The notes beneath the pieces are model-generated. The model worked only from the letters and a program-made list of their open reading frames with translations. It was not told the DNA's origin and did not search any database. 39,325 bases of DNA. Source: Octopus bimaculoides (taxonomy: Eukaryota). The first letter of the stretch is position 1, and the number at the start of each line of letters is the position of its first letter. Shown one piece after another: positions 34,301-39,325 of this stretch. Both the position numbers and the translations under genes were made by a program. The stretch covers positions 22,013,048-22,052,372 of the forward strand of contig NC_068991.1 of NCBI RefSeq assembly GCF_001194135.2, given 5' to 3'.

Positions 34301-35001
34301 AGTTTGACTGAGGACTAGCAAGCCAGAAGGCGGTTCCAGGCTTCAATCTGATCTGGCAAGGTTTCTACAGCTGGATGCCCTTCCTAATGCCAACCACTCC
34401 AAGAGTGTAGTAGGTGCTTTTTACATGCCACCAGCATGAGGCCCAGTCAGGCGGTACTGGTATTGACCACACTTGAATGGTGCTTTTTACGTGCCACCAG
34501 CACAGGAGCCCTAAAAGGCTAGGAAATATAAAAAATTTGTGTAAATAAACAATAATGAATATGGCAGCTTAAAAGAATAGGGGGTTGTGCAAACAACAGA
34601 TAGTACACAAGTAAAAGTGAGTCTCTGGTAATTTTCATTGTTTTAATAACAAAAAACAAAACAACCACTCTTACCATTGCCAAAATGAAAATGAAGAAGA
34701 CATGCGAATTTATAAGCAATCAGAAAGGATAGGAGAAAACGACAAAAGTAAAACCAAGCTGTTTATTTAAAGTACGTCACTTGTAGATTGAAATATAGAG
34801 CAGCAGACAACAGAATGTTTGCTGCTCTATAAAAGATGTTAAAGCAAGAGCATAATACACCACATGCAACTGATAGCAGCACAAAAGGATGTTTTTCCCA
34901 CTAATACCTCCACAAGTGGAAACATAAGTCATACTTACTACCCTCTACTGCTAACATCATTGCTAGTACCGCTATTATCATTCTTGTAGATACAATCTCA
35001 C

Positions 35002-35043
35002 ATAAAAGATTTGCACGGTGCTCTCCTCCCAACAGTGAAGAAA
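35002..35043 (-). CDS. Candidate 42-bp exon (FLHCWEESTVQIFY, or SSLLGGEHRANLL in phase 1)
   Basis: gatttgttttaatttcatttgttag| acceptor and TAT|gtgaga donor. Confidence 0.3.
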
Positions 35044-35436
35044 CTAACAAATGAAATTAAAACAAATCAATAGAAGTCAGGTGGCCCATTCATTATTGAT
35101 GAGTTGAATAGTTTTTGTTTGCAGTAAGGTTGAATGATAAAACCTTTTCTTACATGTAGTAGCTCAATATTTAAAAAAATTCTTTTTGAAACTAGGGTGA
35201 GGTACAATTCATTAGATTACCTATTCTGCTACCAATACTTGATTGGTACTTAATGGATAGGTCCCAGAAGGTTTAAAGGTAAACTAGACTCCTAGTGGGA
35301 TTTGAACTCAAAACATAAAGAGAATACAACTAAATACTGTTTACATTAACAAGCAGTCAGAAATTTGGGTTAGATGGGTATAGAACACTTGATTAAATAA
35401 ATCTCAGTAATTCACTTTTATTTTATCTTATCTTAC

Positions 35437-35499
35437 AGCTGAGAGTCCTCTAAGTGGTTTACTCATAGCTACACTGCAGCAATTCAGGCAAATAACAAC
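35437..35499 (-). CDS. Candidate 63-bp exon (VVICLNCCSVAMSKPLRGLSA)
   Basis: ttttttctagctttgttctag| acceptor and GCT|gtaaga donor. Only phase 0 is open. A strong plus-strand acceptor overlaps the same site, so the strand is ambiguous. Confidence 0.3.
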
Positions 35500-35559
35500 C
35501 TAGAACAAAGCTAGAAAAAAATTATTCATATCTAGAAGGCTTTTACCCAACATTACAAC

Positions 35560-37000
35560 TCTGAAAGAGAACCATCCAAACTGCAGAAGATACCACTATG
35601 CTTTGCACAGCTACATGCAACCACTGATCTGCAGCTGATTTTTTTATTTTCACTTTTTAGTTTTCTTGCCATAATTTTCTGGAATCTTCTCTGAGAAAGC
35701 CACGATGATCCTGTATGAAATACTTCTGCAGAAAAAGCTTCCACATTTTCTGCCTTTGCATCAAATCAACACCTCTAAGTCTGTCCCTTCCATTCTCAAC
35801 ATCACACTCATTTCCACATCAAATGGAAATACAAATCATATTTACTACCCTTTACTGCTAACACCTATGCTAGTACCACTATTATCCTCTGGTTGTTTAA
35901 AGCCAACAAAGTCCCTGATAATTTCCCTCAAACAATGCACTCCAGAGTTAGCTGCTACTCTCACCAGATTTTTCTTCTTTTTCTCAACAGGGATATATGA
36001 TGACTTTTTTAAATATGCTACAGTATGTCTTATTCCTAAGAAGGGCAACCCTCCTAACTCTGTCAACTTTCAACCTATTGTACACTGTTCAAATGTCTCA
36101 AAGGGGATAAAGATAACTATTAACAACCTTTTCAAACACCTTGTATCTTTCTCAACCTTAATGATTAACAGTACAGCTTTTGTAAAACTGGATGTACTGG
36201 AAACACACTCCTCTAAATTACTCTTCAGAGAGCTCTTAACCCTGAAGTATTTTGTGACAGCAATGTTGTTATCCCTAACATCAACAAAACTTTCAATGAA
36301 GTTTGGCATAAGAAACTCCACTCATCTCTCATCCTTTGGATAAATAGCTTTCTTCTCAGATCATAGTATTGCAGTGTGCCTGATGGTGCTCTCTCTGAGT
36401 CATACCATCAACTCTGGGTTGCCCCAAATTTCTGTTTTGTTCCCCACCTCTTTCCTCCTATCACCAGTAAACTACATGTTGTCAGTTTCAAACAATGCCC
36501 ACACATACATAAATAATACCATCCTTCATTCTTCTTGATGCTCTGCATCCAAGCATCACCAACACACAGCTTAGATACCTGATGCCAAATCTGCAATGAT
36601 TCCCTGATCTTGACAACATCCATTAGTGGGGTCATGCCTATCTAGTTTCTTTTCATAGCAAAAAGACACAATCACTGCACATGTAAGAAAACATTATTGT
36701 TCCTCACTCCCCAACACAACTAAACCCTTGCAATTATTTCTCCCAGTATGTCACAGGTAACACCCCTTCCAGTTTGTCATAGGTAATATTCTCAGACAAC
36801 TTGATTCCCATTCCTGAGGCAATGTATTTTTTTTTTCCACACGACTTAGACAAAGGAAAAATCATTGTGCTCATGATTTTTTCCAGGCCTCCAAGACTGG
36901 TGGAAAGCAGATTATCCTCAGATTGGAGACCTGGCTCAGAGTGAACTCTGCTAAAAACACCCAAGAGCTAAGTGGTGATGCTAAGTCTGTAGGCAGAGTA
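35560..37000 (+). mobile_element. Decayed CR1-type LINE RT
   Basis: ORF 35705..36343 (LKQCTPELAATLTR...ATVCLIPKKGNPPNSVNFQPI) followed by DINKTFNEVWHK and NSGLPQISVL, with frameshifts. Confidence 0.8.
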
Positions 37001-37077
37001 AGATAACTCAACCCAGAATCATAATACTGTTGATGTAGTATTTTTTCTTTTTCATTTTTATCAATGACTCTTTACAG

Positions 37078-37408
37078 CAGGAGTTCTCAGTCATTTTTTT
37101 ATCTATGAACTCTATTGATTATTATTTTATTCTGGTGGACCCATTACTGTTCAATATTAAAAGCTAGTTTTGTAGAAACTTCTTTGTTTTCACACATCAA
37201 CTAATGCAGGTTGAACTATGTAAAATGTTAAAGAAAGAAACCTAGCTGTTTCTTATAATACATACCAATACATGCATATAAAGCAAAATTTTTGGGGGAG
37301 CCCTTAAAATACTATTGTGGATCCCCAATTTACTATTTTGTTGCATGGACCCCCAGAAATCTTATATGGACTTTCAGGGACCATATTGGCCCCAGTTGAG
37401 AACCACTG
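37078..37408. mobile_element. hAT-superfamily MITE (331 bp) with an 8-bp TSD
   Basis: Terminal inverted repeats caggagttctcag and gttgagaaccactg. Flanks are ctttacag (37070-77) and cttgacag (37409-16), 7/8 identical. Confidence 0.8.
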
Positions 37409-38142
37409 CTTGACAGGGTCTCCATGGTTGGTGGAAGGGAGGTAGGTAGGATGATACCCTAAGACTTAATTCCTGGCCTGAATGTTTTCCACAGAAGATT
37501 GGAAACAAAAGACATCACTTGCATGATGGTGACACTCTTTATGCAAGTCAAAACAAGNNNNNNNNNNNNNNNNNNNNNNNNNNNNNNNNNNNNNNNNNNN
37601 NNNNNNNNNNNNNNNNNNNNNNNNNNNNNNNNNNNNNNNNNNNNNNNNNNNNNNNNNNNNNNNNNNNNNNNNNNNNNNNNNNNNNNNNNNNNNNNNNNNN
37701 NNNNNNNNNNNNNNNNNNNNNNNNNNNNNNNNNNNNNNNNNNNNNNNNNNNNNNNNNNNNNNNNNNNNNNNNNNNNNNNNNNNNNNNNNNNNNNNATATA
37801 TATATATATACATGATGGACTTCTTTCAGTTTCTGACTACCAATTCCACTCACAAGGTTATGATCAGCCTGAAACTAAAGTACAAGACATTTTTCCCCAA
37901 GATGCTCACAGTGGAACTGAAACCCAAACCATGTGGCTGAGAAGAAAAACTTCTTACCACACAGCCATGCCTGGTTCTCTATGGGGTCCAGAAAAGTCAC
38001 CCAAGATGCCAAGTGTTGATGTCAACCAAGTGAGAGATTAAGATGTGAACCCATAACTTGGATTATGATATGAACCATATCCACACATCATCTTATACCA
38101 ACAATAAGTTAATTATTTAGAATGCCTGCATACTTGTCTTAC

Positions 38143-38187
38143 AAGTGAGCATGTTGTATTATGATTACTGCTGTGACTGTTCTGTGT
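38143..38187 (-). CDS. Candidate 45-bp exon (TQNSHSSNHNTTCSL)
   Basis: gttttgttttcacag| acceptor and CTT|gtaaga donor, phase 0-0. Confidence 0.3.
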
Positions 38188-39032
38188 CTGTGAAAACAAA
38201 ACTCTAGAGAAGACCGTATTTGTTTTTCCATTATCTTTTAAATGATAAATGGTGTTCTGCAATATGAAATCTTTAAATTAGAAAGTCACAACTTGTTACA
38301 CTCAATAAAATGTCACACTATCATCCAAAAACAGGATAGTTCTTATTGCATCAATTGCAGTACATTTGGCTTAATTCTTTCTTTTATTTGTTTTAGTCAC
38401 TGGATTGCAGCCATGCAAGGACATTGTCTTTAAAAGGTTTTAGCCAAACAAACTGATCCCAGTACTTACTTTTTTTTACGTCTGGTACTAACTCTATCAG
38501 TCTGTTTTGCTGAACCACAAATAAGTTACAGGGCTGTAAACAAACCAACACCAGTTGTGAAGTGGTGTTGGAAAACAAGTGCAAAGATAATGGGATCCCT
38601 TGACAACAATTAAAACTTCTTTTGATTAAGGTACCTTTGGCCTGACCAGTAGCTAGCAGATTACCCTAATGTTTGGATAATTACTACTTCCAAGTTCTGT
38701 TAGCTATGAAACATATGTAGCCTGGATTTTATCTCCTCGGTTCCCTCATTTTGGATTTCTTTTGGCATACACAGCAACCTTTGCTGCTAACTGTAAGCTA
38801 TAAAAGAATTTTTTCAGCTTATCGAACTTCAATCTGGGAAAAATTCACAACCTTCTATGTCAATAAACCACTATTGTTTCTGAAAGTTGTTTTTGATACC
38901 TTCTATGGACTACTGAAAGCTTACTATCTTCTACACTTTGATCCTTGAATCTTACCATTACATATTATATATATATTTTGTGGCAGATGTTCAGGTGCAA
39001 TAAAGACTGTAAACAAACAGGAAACAACTTTT

Positions 39033-39325
39033 ATCTCATTCCAGGGTGAAAAACTAGAGGTAGTCGATAGCTTCCGCTATCTGGGCGACCAAGTTAGTAG
39101 TGGGGGTGGGTGCGCTGAAAGTGTAGCTGCTAGAATAAGAATAGCCTGGGCAAAGTTTAGAGAGCTCTTACCCCTGCTGGTGACAAAGGGACTCTCACTC
39201 AGAGTAAAAGGCAGACTGTATGACGCATGTGTACGAACAGCCATGCTACATGGCAGTGAAACATGGGCTGTAACTGCTGAAGACATACGTAAGCTCGCAA
39301 GGAATGAAGCCAGTATGCTCCGTTG
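39033..39325 (+). mobile_element. RTE-type LINE fragment running off the right edge
   Basis: QGEKLEVVDSFRYLGDQVSSGGGCAESVAARIRIAWAKFRELLPLL..., same family as 15800-17730. Confidence 0.9.

Noticed and set aside
34905-35890. Similar ~80-bp segments at 34905-34985 and 35810-35885
   Set aside because: Low-complexity actactactgct-type sequence, likely a common decayed repeat rather than a functional duplication.

Overview
AT-rich, microsatellite-dense eukaryotic DNA. The SINE and LINE families look like those of octopus (coleoid cephalopod); this is recognition, not a database result. One gene is firmly identified: V-type proton ATPase subunit D (ATP6V1D) on the minus strand. Its first four coding exons (38, 118, 148 and 45 bp; all GT-AG, phases compatible) lie in the window and the rest of the gene runs off the left edge. 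A TCACATGA M-box (MiT/TFE-type site) sits about 120 bp upstream of its ATG. Most of the remainder is transposable-element debris: RTE-type LINEs with a ~66-bp tandem-repeat 3' UTR, R4/Dong-type REL-endonuclease LINE fragments, CR1-like LINEs, a Penelope GIY-YIG fragment, a Helitron Rep fragment, Helentron/HINE-like elements, a hAT MITE with an 8-bp TSD and two tRNA-derived SINE families. Between 19.7 and 38.2 kb there are exon-like segments on both strands that I cannot assign to a known protein. The most notable items there are a tandemly duplicated 128-bp unit that reads as a 30-bp plus-strand micro-exon or a 75-bp minus-strand exon, and a minimal type-I hammerhead-ribozyme-like motif. I found no clearly new multi-component system. 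Several N gaps limit what can be seen, and TE boundaries are approximate.
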